64,000 nt of DNA, from assembly GCF_009914755.1 (NCBI RefSeq), contig NC_060933.1; one strand, 5' to 3'. The stretch is from the human T2T-CHM13v2.0 reference genome, Homo sapiens. A program made the position numbers and the translations under genes. A model generated the notes under the pieces. It saw nothing but the letters and a program-made list of their open reading frames with translations, was not told where the DNA came from and ran no database searches. This document shows positions 1 through 23,630 of this stretch, piece after piece (within the stretch, counting starts at the first letter, position 1; each line of letters opens with the position of its first letter).

Positions 1-191
1 TCCTGCCTCAGCCTCCTGAGTAGCTGGGATTACAGGCATGCGCCACCATGTCCAGCTAATTTTGTATTTTTAGTAGAGACAGGGTTTCTCCATGTTAGTC
101 AGGGTAGTCTCAAACTCCTGACCTCGGGTGATCCGCCCGCCTCGGCCTCCCAAAGTGCTGGGATTACAGTTGTGAGCCACCACACCTGGCC
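1..191 (-). mobile_element. Alu (S-type), cut by window start
   Basis: Antisense Alu consensus ending ...gagccaccacacctggcc. Confidence 0.95.
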
Positions 192-567
192 TGATACTGG
201 CCTTTTAAAGGGCAAAGCCATCCAATCCTCCAGGAAAACATGGGGAAGGAGAGTTCCAACATTTCCTGAGCACCTCCATGTCCGGCACTGAGCACATTCC
301 GTCTTTTCTCTCTTTCGCTCCTGACATTGACCTAGAAGGCCTGTCTGACATTAATTTGCCCCGGAGGCCTGAGGATGGTGTCAGCCTGCAGACTGCTGCT
401 GTTCCTCAGCTCTCTTCTGCCCTGCTCGCCTCCCTCTATAGTCCTCAAGGCCCATCTGCAACCACTATCCCATCCATACCTGAGGTTGCCCTGGCTCTGA
501 CACTTGCATGACATTTGGGAGCTGCTCTAATGCCACCTTCTGGCTGGTACTAGAAAGATGAGGACCT

Positions 568-860
568 GGCCAGGCACAGTGGCTCACATCTGTAATCCCA
601 GAACTTTGGCAGGCCGAGGGGAGCGGATCACCTGAGGTCGGGAGTTTGAGACCAGCCTGGCCAACATGGTGAAACCCTGTCTCTACAAAAAATGCAAAAA
701 TTAGCCAGGCATGATGGCACATGCCTATAATCCCAGCTATTCGGCAGGCTGAGGAAGGAGAATCACTTGAACCCGGGAAGCGGAGTTTGCAGTGAGCCAA
801 GATTGTGCCATTGCACTCCAGCTTGGGTGACAGAGCAAGACTCTGTCTCAAAAAAAAGAA
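568..860 (+). mobile_element. Full-length AluS with TSD
   Basis: Dimer with A tail; flanking repeat AAAGA(T/C)GAGGACC. Confidence 0.95.
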
Positions 861-1112
861 TAAAGGAAAAAAAGACGAGGACCCGGTCGTGGCTTCAGCC
901 TCTCTGACCCAGGCCAGAGGGCCCAGCAATCCAGTTGTACATTGTCTGATTGGTTGGTTGATTGGTTGGTTTGCTCCCTGCCTTGCTGCAGAGAGGACCT
1001 CAGGCAGCTTCCAAGGATGCGTGATACACAACCAGAGCAGAAAAAAAGAGTAGGGGGAAAACAAGAAAGTAGCACAAGGGTGGGAGCACAGAGGATCCAG
1101 GAACAAAGCTAA

Positions 1113-1621
<509 letters not shown>

Positions 1622-1872
1622 AACTCAGGTAATTTTGAAGATGGCTTTTATGGTCTACTTGGGCACAAAGGAATGCGGGGAACATCCACCAGCCATGGCT
1701 GGGTGACAACTCATGTTCGTTCTCAGCCTATCAGTTTTACACGTTCTCTTTATAAATGATTTCACACACACACACGCACACACATACATACACTCACCAC
1801 CTCCTTCTGGAGCTCATGTTGAGATGTACAGGGGAGGGAGACCCTTGTAACACAGATTTGAAAAATAATTCA

Positions 1873-2247
<375 letters not shown>

Positions 2248-2751
2248 TCAGATACACATTTGAAAAGAAAGTATTCTTTTGGAAGACAAAGGGAATATGA
2301 TTCTGAAGGAGTGAAACATGAAGGATATTTCTATTGGTTGAGCTTGTAACTTTTGGGCCATGTGGCATGATGTTCTTTTGCTATGAGGGGCTGTATTCCC
2401 TCATCACTATACTTTTGCCACACATTGACTTTAAGCTTCCTAGCAAGTGGTGTGAAAAGGGAAATGTGGCCACTTACACAATGTCCAAAGTCTAGGAAGG
2501 ATGACAAACCAATTGCTTAGGAGAAGCAGGACGCTGGTACTGAGATAGGAATAAGGTGCCCCTGGGCCCAATGGAGGGTTCCAGGGGAAGATGACAGAGC
2601 GGAGGGTGAAGAATGCCCTCGGTGACAGCCTTCCCATCACGCCAATCCAAAGACAGTACACCGCTTCCAAGGAGGCCAAGACCATGTGGGCTGCATGGCC
2701 CACTCTCTGCTGGCCTAGCCTTTCCCCTGGAGGTGTTTAGACTATCAAGAT

Positions 2752-2950
2752 ACAGACCCTATCTCTACAAAAACAACAATTATAATTAGCAGGCGTGGTG
2801 ACACACACCTGTATTCCCAGCTAATTGGGAGGCTGAGGTGGGAGGATTGCTTCAGCCCGGGAGGTTAAGGCTGCAGTAAGCCATGATCATACCACTGCAC
2901 TCCAGCCTGGGTGACAGAGTGAGATCCTGTCTAAAAAACAAACAAAACCC
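2752..2950 (+). mobile_element. 5'-truncated AluJ (right arm)
   Basis: Alu linker plus right arm plus A-rich tail. Confidence 0.88.
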
Positions 2951-3434
2951 CCCCATACACAAAAAACTATCAAGAGGGTTGGTTCCCCTTCAGAGGACTT
3001 GATTTTTTGATTTATGGGACTCTGTGAGTACTTTGAGTTTGTGGTCCCTGTGGAAGCCTGGGAACTGAGTCTTTCTCTTAAGCCCCGAGCTGTCTGGAAA
3101 GGTACAGTCTCATTCATCTGCCTTCCAGCATCACTAGCTCCAGGGCTCCTCCCTGGAATGGAGGCCTCTGTCACCCTGCCTGGGTGGTCCTGCTATCAGG
3201 ACACTGTACCAGGCTCCGGTGAGGGTCTCAGCCCCATAACCACCGAGTCACTGTCTCAGGCTCTTGGTTCCTTCCAGGCTGTGGTGAGGTCCCTCTGTTT
3301 TGGTTTGGCTGAGGTGGTTGAAATGAACAGGACTGCTCTGACCAGCTCACAGAAGGGGAAGTGGATGGCACGAGCACAGGTAGGGCAGCCAGGGAGCAGA
3401 GATTCTCTCAACACCCCCAAATCTCCAAATCAGG

Positions 3435-3770
3435 GTGCCTTGGGATGCAAATGGCAAAAATCCCAAGCTAACCTCGAGCAAAAGAAGGAAGAGGAGGAGG
3501 TATTGGCTTAGCTGGCTTCAGGTACTGCTGGATCCAGCACTCCATCTTGCTTCCCTCATCTGCCTCCTCCCTGCTCATTCAACCTCTGGCTCAATCCCAC
3601 CCTCTCAGCTGCCAGTGAGCAGTTTTTCTCTTCTTATCAGTTCTAACCATGGTCCCAGCCAGACACAAGTCTCACTGAGCCAGATGAGGTACCCGGCCCT
3701 TCTCTGAACCAATCACCACAGCCAGGGGGAAAGAATTACACTGATTGCCTAGGTCTGTGTCTCCACCCAC
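3435..3770. mobile_element. Old MaLR LTR (MLT1J/K/L-like) fragment
   Basis: Diverged motifs GATGCAAATGGCAAAAATCCCAA...TATTGGCT and TGAACCAATCACCACAGCCAGG. Confidence 0.5.
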
Positions 3771-4069
3771 TTCTAGGCAACTCAATCCCCTAGACTAAGG
3801 TTTTAGGAGTTCCTTAGGGAAAATGGACATCCAGAAGAGAGGCTGATAGGCAGAGACAGATCCATCCTTTCTATCCAGGAAGCCCAATACCGCTGGGCTC
3901 CCAGAGCCAGGGAGCTGGTGGGGGGCTGAGGTGGGCCCTGCAGGGCTATGGCATTCTGCTTCTCTCCTGTGCCTTTCCTCTCCTTTCTTTGGTGGCCCTT
4001 CTATTTCCCCTCCTAGTCCCTAGTCTGCCAATATGGAGACCCAAGCCACCCCAGGGCCAGGTGACACAA

Positions 4070-4255
4070 GCTCATGGAATCAGTCCATCTGGGTTTGAAT
4101 CTTGGCTCTGTGTTTCTTAGCTGAGGGACTTGGGACACTTCACTTCATCCATCTGAATCTCATTGTCCTCCCCTGTGAAGTGGGCCAGGACAGGGCCACC
4201 CTCGTGGGTGGTGGCTGCCAGAGCTTCATGAGATAAGGCATTAAGAACACTTAGC
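4070..4255 (+). mobile_element. MIR
   Basis: CTGGGTTTGAATCTTGGCTCTG...CTGTGAAGTGGG core. Confidence 0.75.
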
Positions 4256-4256
4256 A

Positions 4257-6038
<1,782 letters not shown>

Positions 6039-6080
6039 TAATATATATATACACAAACATACACACACACACACACAGAC

Positions 6081-6127
6081 ATATAAATTCGTCAGGGTTC
6101 TCCAGAAAGACAGAACTAGTAGGATAC

Positions 6128-6170
<43 letters not shown>

Positions 6171-6200
6171 CATATATATATATGAGTTTATTAGAAAGAT
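6081..6200. mobile_element. MLT2 (ERVL) LTR end carrying a (TG)n(TA)n microsatellite
   Basis: GTCAGGGTTCTCCAGAAAGACAGAACTAGTAGGATA-(TG)n(TA)n-GAGTTTATTA is the typical MLT2A/B terminus. Confidence 0.75.
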
Positions 6201-6600
6201 AAACTTTCAGTTTAAAAATCAGGAAAGTCCTGGGCAAGGCGGAGTGCTTGGTCACCTGGCCTGCTGCTCAACTCTCTTGGTTTCCCAGTTCCACAACTCA
6301 GCAGGATATTGGTTTGGTTCAGCTCATTTTTCCTAGCCAAGCCACTCAGGTCACTAACAGACCTGCAAGGGTGTCCTTGGGGCAGGGGCTGACCCCTGGT
6401 AGGGGGCCTAGGGTCACGTGGTGGGGCATCCCTTTGAAAGGCCTGTGGGTGAAGCAGAAGCAGAATGGCTTCAGGGTAAGACCCCACCTGGGAAGGTTGG
6501 TGGCCACTGACCTCAAAGCTAGCACTTTGGAAAGCAGCCCAGTGGTGAGAGCAGGGGGACATCAGGCTTTCAATCTGCCCAGCTCAAGCCTGTGTTCCTC

Positions 6601-7172
6601 AGCCAGGTGCACCTGCCTGTGGTCCCATTTACTTTGGAGGCTGAGGCAGGAGGATCACTTGAGGCCAGTTAGAGACCAGCCTGGGCAACATGGGGACACC
6701 CTGTCTCTACAAAAATTTTTGTAAAAATTATCTGAGAATGGTGGTGCATACCTGTAGTCCCTACTACTGGGGAGGCTGAGGTGGGAGGATGATATGATCC
6801 CAGGAGTTTGAGGCTGCAGTGAGCTGCTACACTCCAGTGTGGGGGACAGAGCAAGAGCCTGTTAAAAAAAAAAAAAAAAGGCCAGGTGTGGTGGCTCACG
6901 CCTATAATCCCAGCACTGGGAAGCTGAGGCCAGCGGATCACTTGAGGCCAGGAGTTTGAGACCAGCCTGGCCAACATGACAAAACCTTGTCTCTACTAAA
7001 AATACAAAAATTAGCCGAGCATGTTGGCAGGTGCCTGTAATCCCAGCTACTTGGGAGGCTGAGGCAGGAAAATTGCTTGAACTGAGGCGGAGGTTGCAGT
7101 GAACCGAAATGGCACACTGCACTCCAGCCTGAGCAACAGAGCAAGACTCCGTCTCAAAAAAAAAAAAAAAAA
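6601..7172 (+). mobile_element. AluJ (6601-6879) followed by AluS (6880-7172)
   Basis: Second Alu begins in the A tail of the first. Confidence 0.92.
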
Positions 7173-7619
7173 CATGCTCCAATTCGTTTACCGGTCCCTT
7201 CCCCCACCCTCCTTTGCCCTGATATCACAACTTTGCCCAGAAAGGACTCAGAGACCCCGCCCCTGTACTTGGGCGTGACAGTGCCCTGGTGTGAGGGGGC
7301 ATCTTCCGCTGACCACCCGACTGACCCCATCCTCTGGTCCCTACTGTACGCTGTGAGTTACAACAGTGACCATGACCATAGGGCCTACTATGTGCAGGGT
7401 GCTCAACAGCCCTCACATAAGTGTCACAACAGTCCTGGAAGGTCCCTCACAAGCGAGGAAACTGAGGCAGGAGCCACGAGATCACTGGCCTGTCTGTGGC
7501 TGAGCCAGACTTGAACCTGGTCTGTCTGACTCCAGAGCACGTGCTTTTTCCGACACTTCCTGCCCCCCAGAGTCATCCCACTCCGGAATCCAGGCTCTGG
7601 GATCCCAGGGCCTCAGGGA

Positions 7620-8340
7620 CTGGGCACCGTCCCCCCAACCACCGCCGAGGAGTGGGCGTTTCTACAGCCTTCTCCGTGGGCCTGCGACCCCCAGTGCGAG
7701 GGGAGGGCCGCTGGGGGCTCTGGAAACCCCCTCTTCCATGGGTGGGAGGCGAGGGGCTGAGGCGCAGCGCTGGGCTGGGCCCAGGCCGGCTTCGCCCACA
7801 CCTGGGATGGAGGCGGAGGAGCTCCGGGTGTTCTGCAGGCGGGAGGCTTTCCACCCCGCTGGCCCCTCACGTCGGCGCATCCTCATGGGATCCTCACGAG
7901 GAGCGAGTGAGGTGGGCTCCATTCTTATTCTTTCCCCTGGCAGGAGGCGAGCAGAGGCTCCGGACTCCACAGGTGGCGCGTGGTGAGTAGCCAAGATGAG
8001 CTCAGGCAGCCTCTCCAAAGCAGGGGCGCTAACCTGGCCACCTCTCACACCCTGGCTCCCTGCTGGCCCTCTCCACCCCCGCCCGGTCCCTAAGGCCACA
8101 TCTCTTCCCCGTCCTCGGCCAGCTCAGCCCAGGCCGTCCCTCCCTATGCCCGCCAGGGGGAGTGCGAGCTCCTTGCAAAGACCTCAGGAGGCCGCTGGGA
8201 AGGTCTGGACAGGCCAGGCGGGGCGGGAAGCAGGAGGACCCGCGGGGCGGGGACCGGAGCCGCTGGGAGGCCGCCCAGTTTGACGTCCTGCTCCTGCCCA
8301 GGCCTCGCCAGGCCCCGGCCCTCCGCAGGCCTCAGTTCCC
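7620..8340. promoter_or_regulatory. CpG-rich patch with CTCF-like motifs and GC boxes
   Basis: High CpG density, no repeats; CCGCCAGGGGGAG (~8150-8162), TCCACAGGTGGCGC (7966-7979), GGGGCGGG boxes at ~8220-8250. Confidence 0.6.
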
Positions 8341-8374
8341 TTGTCTATAAAATGGGAGGTGGAGCCCTTGGGAG

Positions 8375-9610
<1,236 letters not shown>

Positions 9611-10126
9611 GGGGGTAAAGTGGTTATGCAGTGAGAGGGGCTGCACACAGACACACAAGAACACATAAACCCCTCACATAAAGCAAACACGCAAACACAC
9701 CAGCACATACATACACCCCCTCAGAGGTGCAGATGTGGGTAGGAAGCTGCACCCTGAAAGAGAAGAGAGTTCTTATTCGGGAACTTCAGTGAGCTCCGAC
9801 TGGAGTGGGTTGTTGTAGGACGGTTTCCTTAGCAATCCCCTGCTTTCCTCCCCAAATACTCTCCAAGGACCGCTTCCAGGGCTCTTTCAGCTCCACCGCT
9901 GAGGCTCCCCTGGCTGCCAAACTCCAGAGTCTACCCCTGCCCCATCTCCCTTCTCCACTCCCATCCTCAACTCCGGGCCCCCAGCTCTGAAGAACTGACC
10001 CCAGGGAGTGTCCTGTCACATACGGGCCCACTGTCATCCCCACCCCTCTCTGCCCCTGTCGCTACCTGCTTTTCCCTACCCCTGGCCCCATGCTGTCCCT
10101 CCAGCAACTTTGAGAGGCAGATCTGA

Positions 10127-10437
<311 letters not shown>

Positions 10438-10599
10438 CTAGGCCACTGGTCTTACTGTTTGTTTTCTATTTGTCCCACTTACACGGTTATTTTTCTCTCT
10501 TTTCTTGCCTTCTCTTGCCAGCCTACACCAACGTACCCAGCAAAAAATACTCTTCAAAAACAAAGGTGGCCTCTTCTAGAAGATCTGATTTTATAAAAA

Positions 10600-12471
<1,872 letters not shown>

Positions 12472-12569
12472 TCAGGAAGTATATTATTACTTAATAATTA
12501 CAAGTCACAAACAGGCCGCAAATATGTTTCCGTTTTGAAAAAATTAATTTGAAACTATGTGATGAGAAT

Positions 12570-12960
12570 AGGATCGATGGCTGCCGTGGGGTCCCCAACG
12601 CCTGCCGATCCCGCGGTGTCCTCCGCTCTCCCCAGCACCAGCACCTCCAGCTGAGCGCCCCGACCACCTGCCGTCGTGACCCACCTCGCCCACACGGTGG
12701 CGCTGCGGGGACAGCCCAGCCTCTCCAGGCTCCGAGGGCAGGGGACTGTTGTGGCAGGGAGGGGGCGGCGTGTCTTCGGGACCTGATTGATTTCTTTGGC
12801 CTCCCGCCGACAGCCTTACCAGGTGGCATCCGGAGCGCACGCTGGCAGCCAGTCAGTCGCCTCCGTGGGTAGCTCCGGAGCATTCACGCGGTGGTGCCGC
12901 CCAGCCCACCTCCCCCCACCGGAGTCAAATGGGCTCGTGTCTCCCGGCGACAAGACTGGA
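12570..12960. promoter_or_regulatory. Small CpG-rich patch with CTCF-like motifs
   Basis: Abrupt CpG enrichment; CCACACGGTGGCGCTG at 12690-12705, TTACCAGGTGGCAT at ~12816-12829. Confidence 0.55.
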
Positions 12961-13449
12961 TTCCCAGAGCAGGCCTGGAGGGCTCTCACGGCACTTGTTA
13001 GGACAGGCTTGGGGCCTGCCTCCAGAGGACCTTAGGTTCGGGTCCTTGGGGGAGTGCAAGCCGTGTTGACCCACCTCACGCGTCAAGGGAACTACAGAGG
13101 AGGGAGAGGGGGGTCTTGCCTGGGCCCCTCTGGGCTGAGGTTGAGTGTTTCTGATCTGTCTCTGAATTCTCCCACATGCAAATCTGAGCAAGCCACTCCC
13201 TGCTTAAGACACGCAATGGCTCCCTATCGCCCTCAGGAGAAGGTCCAAGTCCCTAAGCCTGACTCCTGAGGTTCCTTACCACCGCCAACACCCAATGCTC
13301 CATCTCACTTAATCCCTTCATTCCCTTAAACCTGTCAGGCACTTTCTTACCTCTGAGGTTCCCACATGCCATTCCCATTCACTCAAACACCTTTTCACTC
13401 CTTTTTCTTCTTGGCTAACTCTGACTCATCCTTCAGACCTATAGTTTAA

Positions 13450-13992
<543 letters not shown>

Positions 13993-14299
13993 TGAGGGGT
14001 GTGCAAAGACACTCGGTGGCCTCTGGGTAGGTGGAGGTGGCAGGGACGAGGCACAGTTACCACAGCCTGTCTAAGGAACCACTGGGCTTCCCTTGGACTC
14101 CTGCTGTCTGGAGAGACAAACCACAATGACTGGTGGTTGCCAGGCCCCTCCCCAGCACCCAGAGGGTGGCTGGACACAGGCTGACCTCAAGCGGCACCAG
14201 AAAGAGATGAGTGTGTGTGTCCCTTCACCCAGCCCTGTCTGGCCTCCTCCCTGTGCACGCGGTCACCTCCCAGACTCGATGCCCAGCCTGCATGCCCAG

Positions 14300-15992
14300 C
14301 TGATGATGGATATCGCCTCAAATGTCCTCCAGCATCCTAAAGTCATCTGAATTCTCATCTTCCTCAAATCGCTTCCCTTCCTGGTTCCCCATCTCAGGAA
14401 TGGCTCCACCATCTCTCCAGCCACCAGCCTACTTTCCTCCCTCTACCATCACCCACCCATCACCAAAGTCTGGTCTCTAATTGAGGACCCCACCATCTGC
14501 TTTGCTGATCTCTCCAGGGTTCTAGGAATAACACCCTCGCCCACCCCTAAGCCCTCCTGAGCCCCATATCACAGCCAGGCTTATTTACTTTCAGTTCCCC
14601 AAATGAGCTGTGCCTGCTCTCTGCTCCTGGCCTCTGTCTGTGCTGTTCCCTCAGCCTGGCCTCCCCATTTTTACCTGGGGAATGTGTGTGCACCCCTCAG
14701 GTTTCTGCTTAGACATCCCTTCTTCCAGGAAGTCCTCCCTGATTGGGTGCCCCTCCTTGGGGCTCCCATGGTCACCTGGGCTTCCCTGGTCTCTGCCCTC
14801 ATCACACTGTGTTGCTGTTGCTTATCATCTGTCTCCTTGTTGCCAAATCTTGGGACAGCGGTCAGTCCTCAGCACATACAGCTGCTCAGCCTTGCCTGAC
14901 CCAGCTGGCCATGCCCTCCTTGCTGAAAGCCCTCCTCCCATGGCTTCCAGGTCACTGCTGTCTCTGAGGTCTCCTCCTGTTGGCTGGCTGCTCCTACTCA
15001 GTTCTCTTGGCCGGTTCTTCCTCATCTCCTGCACCTAATGTTGGTGTCTTCCAGGACTGGGCCGGGACCTCTCCTCTCCTCTCCTCTCCTCTCCTCTCCT
15101 CTGTCTACTCTCCTTCCCTTTGCACCGGCCTTCAGATGCCTGGGTTTCAATCCCATTTGCATGCTGACAGCCCCTGAATTCTATTTCAGCCTGAATCTGT
15201 CCTCCGGCTGCTCCTCACCTCTCCACTCGATGTCTAATGGATGCCTCCAGCCCAGCAAGTTCACATGAAGCTCTTGGCTCAAACCCCTTCCTCCACTGAC
15301 TCTTCTTCTGGGACCCTCATCCTTCTGTTCAGGAAGCCAAAAAGCTTGGTGTCATCGTTCACTCCTTTTTCTCACCCCACATCCAATCCGTCAGGAAAGC
15401 CAGTGACCACCTTCAACATACACCAGAGTCCCACGCCTTCTCACCACCTCGCCTAGACCACCTGGTCCAAGATCTCTTGTTAAGGCACGTGCAGTGGCCT
15501 CCTGGCCCCATCACTACTTCAGCCCTGGCCCCCTGCAGTCTATTCCCAACTGGCACCTGGCCTGGAAGTGAGGCCATGTTCACCCTCAGGCCCCACCTCA
15601 CTTGGAGTAACAGCCAAGCCCTTCCCTGCCTACGAGACCCTCGGGGGCTGACCTGTTCTCCCACCACTGCTGGCCTCAGAGCCTTCGCACTGTCTGTTCC
15701 CTCTCCCTTTGAAACTCCCCCCATCATATCTGCACAGTGCCCTGCCTCTTGCTTTCAGATCTCTATTCAGGGAGGTCTCCCCTGGCCAATCTGCATGCAG
15801 ATGAGGTCTCCGGTACTTCCCGTCTTAGACATATGTTTATATGTTCCTTATCTGTCTCCTCTACTAGAAGTAAGTCTATGAGGGCAGGAATTTCTTTCTC
15901 CTGTGTTCCCTGCTGTATTTTCAGTATCTAGAATGGTATCTGGCATGTAGTAGACCCAGATAAATATTTGCTAAATAAATGAATGAATGAAC
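14300..15992 (+). mobile_element. L2 fragments, with an L2a-like 3' end
   Basis: Pyrimidine-rich L2 body; ends GGCATGTAGTAGACCCAGATAAATATTTGCTAAATAAATGAATGAATGAA. Confidence 0.78.
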
Positions 15993-16111
15993 AAGTGCCT
16001 CCTTCACCAGACAGTGAAGATTTAAATGGCAGACACATGATCGTACTCACCACCATAGCCCGAGTACTTGAACCTAATCAGGGCTCAGGAAATACTTGCT
16101 GAATCCATGGG

Positions 16112-16176
16112 CAGATGGATGGATGGAAGGATGGAAGGATGGATGGATGGATGGATGGATGGATGGATGGATGGAT
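16112..16176. repeat. (GGAT)n tetranucleotide repeat
   Basis: Direct reading. Confidence 0.95.
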
Positions 16177-16896
16177 AAACTGTCCCCAAGGGTTTCTACC
16201 AAGACAGGTACCCGGCCCAACTTTGCAGGAGGAGGCAGGTCTGTCCACCCTGGTGATGCCTGAGCCCTAGAGTCTCCTAGGGGCATCTGAGACACTGAGG
16301 TCCCAGTTCCTGACCACCCCACAGGACTTCCCCAGGTCCCAGAGGGTTTGCAATGCTTGTTCCTGGCAGCAAGACAGGAAACTGCTACAGGATGCCACGC
16401 TGATCCAAAACTTCAGTTCTTGTGCCCTTTAACACAGCACTTTTGCTTCAGAGAATCTTTTTGACTAAAAGGCTGGCAACAGTGCACAGAGTTAGAACCG
16501 CATGTTGTAGGGTCACAGCAGCATGGCTGGTAATTGCCTAGAGAAGGGAGCAGCCTGGATGCCCAATGGTAGGGGACCGCCTGGGTGCAGGGTGGCATAG
16601 CCTGCCACGTGATGCTTGGTGGTCAATACAAAGATCAAAGAGGATGGATCCAGGTGCTGAGATGGGAAGACACGGGGGAGATGCTAAGTGACAGAAGCAT
16701 GTCACGGAACCATCGTGTGGAATGAGCTGTGTGTGGTGTGAATAATGAAGCTTGTGGGTGCGTGTGTGCCCATGTGTACATGTCTGTGTGCATTGGAAAG
16801 GGGCTGAACTCACAGTCACCCACCTGGATGGGGAGTGGTCACCCCTGGATGGGGAGCAGGATTTGAAAGGACACTTCCACTGACTGGCCTAGATAC

Positions 16897-18150
<1,254 letters not shown>

Positions 18151-18159
18151 ACATACACA

Positions 18160-18430
18160 CAGGGCCTGTTTTCACATTTTTAAATGGTTGGGGGGAAAAA
18201 ATCAAAATAATACTGTACTGTTTTATGACACAAGAAAATGACAGGAAATTCAAATTTCAGTGTCAACAAATAAAGTTTTATTGGTACACAGCCATGCTCA
18301 TTCATTGACATATTGTCTATGGCTGCTTTTAAGCTACAGTGGCCAGTTGAGCAGTCGCATCCGTGACTACATGGCCTGGAGCACCTAAAATACCACCTGG
18401 CCCTTTACAGAATAAGTTTGCCAACCCCGA
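18160..18430. mobile_element. MER58 (B-like) hAT-Charlie DNA transposon
   Basis: AAATAAAGTTTTATTGGTACACAGCCATGCTCATTCATT...TGGCCCTTTACAGAATAAGTTTGCCAACCCC. Confidence 0.85.
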
Positions 18431-18964
18431 CATATAATATATTGCTTGGGGCCAAACAGTAGCTCTGTGGCCTGTCTGGCTTTTTTCTCTTGTGTCCACC
18501 TATCCTAAATGCCCTCTCTGTCACTGGGAAATTAGCTACCCTAAAGGATCCTTTCAAACCCTCCCCTCCACCAGGTAGGCTCACTTTGCTGATCCAGCCC
18601 CCTCCTGGCTGATGCCTCGGGTATCCCTCCCCACCCTCCCAATCCCCGTCTGAGTGGAGAGCCTCACGGGCAGTGACTGACTGATTCATCTCTGTGTCTC
18701 CAGCACTTGGCATAGTCCCTGGTGAAAGTTTGCTGAATTGCATAAACTGCTGTCATTGCCGGGTTGGTGAAATGCTTCCAAGCTTCTTGAGGTTTATCCT
18801 GACTGGCCACAAAACCTGAAAACTAGCCAAGAAGCATGGGGAAGGGTGGCTGGGGAGGAGGGTCAGGTGGAATGCAGAGAGCTGAGCTCATGTGGGGAGT
18901 TCTGATGACTTCAGGGGCTTCCCCGGGGCAGAATCACTCCCTGTGAGCACAGAGAATAAAACTA

Positions 18965-19115
18965 GGATGAGAGATTAGTTACTGAGTACAATGGATGTTG
19001 TTCGCCTGATGGATACCCCGTAAGTATCCCTGACTTGACCACTACACAATCTATGCATGTAACAAAATTGCACATGTACCTCATACATTTGTACAAATGG
19101 AAACAAAAAAGAAAA
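18965..19115 (+). mobile_element. L1PB/L1MA 3' UTR end
   Basis: CCCTGACTTGACCACTACACAATCTATGCATGTAACAAAATTGCACATGTACC plus A-rich tail. Confidence 0.8.
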
Positions 19116-19118
19116 GCT

Positions 19119-19747
<629 letters not shown>

Positions 19748-20441
19748 CTACAATTGTGTGCCTGCTACGGGAATCCAGGGAACAGCTTCCTGGAACACGA
19801 GGCAGAGCCGTGGGACCCAGCAGCCAACACATCTCAAGTCCAGCCCCACAGTTCATCATGAAACTGATGATTTCCAGGAACTTTGAGGACCCTAGACCAT
19901 CATCTCCGTCCACTCAGCCCTGGAAATCCGCCAACTCCAGGCATTTATTTATAGCTTGCCTTCTTTCCTGGAAAGGTTTGAGGTTGTTTAATAATTCCAC
20001 CTCACATTTGTGCAGCACTAGGAGGAGGCCACAGGGCATTGTGGTTGAGAGTCTGGGCCCTGGAATCAGCTGTGTGTTGGGGGAGGGAGTGCCAAGTTAT
20101 TTAACTTCCCCAGCCGCACCACAGCGGAGGACTCAAATTTCTAACCCAGCCCCAAAGCGTGGTGCCTGTCACATCCTCCCTCTGTGCGGCTGATTAGCCA
20201 CTTCCTCCTCTGAGCCTGGGTTTCCTTGGGACAGTTGGGATTCCCTGAGAGGACGTGGGAACTCACGAGGACCCTAGGCAAGCACACACATGGGGCAGCT
20301 GGCTGTCTGTGGCCCCTGCTTGCCCTGGGGAGCCGATGACAGGGCCGCCGGCAATGCACCCTCGTCCCCTGGGGCTGGCTCAGAATTCCTAAGGCGGTGC
20401 CAACCCTTGGTTCAAGGCCTTTAGATGAGTCAAGAAAGCCT

Positions 20442-20524
20442 CTGTACAACAAACCCCTGTGACATGAGTTTACCCATATAACAAATCTGCGCCTAAAATA
20501 AAAGTTTGCAAAAATAATAATAAA
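20442..20524 (+). mobile_element. Very short L1PA 3' end
   Basis: CTGTACAACAAACCCCTGTGACATGAGTTTACCCATATAACAAA...CCTAAAATAAAAGTT plus A-rich tail. Confidence 0.75.
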
Positions 20525-21005
20525 GCAGAGACCACCGCCTCCCTAAATGCGGGGGCTGGAGAAGGACAGTTGTGGGAGGGGCCCGGGATGTAAGGTGAGA
20601 CCACCAGGGAGCAGACCAAAGCCTGGCTCAGACATTCCCTCTTTGAAGGCCCCTTCCCACCTCCACACCTCCCTGCCACCCCCACCCAGACATACTTCTG
20701 CCCTCCTTGGCTAAGAGGCACTGGGTGTTTACTTGGGGCGAATAATGACTTCCTGTCAGGCGGACTCAAGCCCCAGCTCTGCTGCTTCTCAGCCCCTTGA
20801 ACGCCTCTCAGCTTTCCTATCTGTGAAATGGGGCTCAGAAAACCTTTTTAGAAGGTTGATATATGAGGTGCATGGAGAGTACCAGGCCTCTCTGAGTACA
20901 AGACCCTCTGGTCTCCCTCCTCCCATTCTGGCCCCCGGGTACCAGCCCTGAATGAGAAGTGGGGAGGACCCAGTCCAACCAGAAAAGCATTAAGATGCAG
21001 GGAGA

Positions 21006-22871
<1,866 letters not shown>

Positions 22872-22889
22872 CCAAGTTCCATTTTAAGT

Positions 22890-23095
22890 TCTACCTGAAT
22901 TAACTCATTAGTTCTCCTAATGGCTCTCCAGGCATGGCCTATTTTTATCCTCGATTACAGATGAGGAAACAGAGGCACTAAGGAGTGAAATCACTTGCCC
23001 AGGGTCATCCAGCTGGAAAATGGGGAGCTGGGATTTGGACCCAGGCAGGCTGATATCAGATCCTGAGCTCCAAATCACTAAGCTCTGCTACCTGT
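22890..23095 (-). mobile_element. MIR
   Basis: TTACAGATGAGGAAACAGAGGCAC...ACTTGCCCAGGGTCA...GGATTTGGACCCAGGCAG. Confidence 0.8.
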
Positions 23096-23349
23096 CCTTG
23101 GGGTGAGAAACCCAGTCGGGAGGCACCGGAGCCAGAGCCGACGCCGGATTCCAGCCCACGTGGGTCTGGCTAAATGGCTAGGGTCCGTGTCCTGCAGACG
23201 AGTGGTGCTGGGTTGAGGAAAGTGCCCCCGCCTTAGGTCAGTCTCCACCCTGGCTCCGAATCTCAGGAAGAGTAAGACATTCTGAGCCCTCTATGGGTTC
23301 CATTTGGCCTTCAATAGCAGGATGTAGCTAGAAAATCAGTGGCTTACTC

Positions 23350-23630
<281 letters not shown>

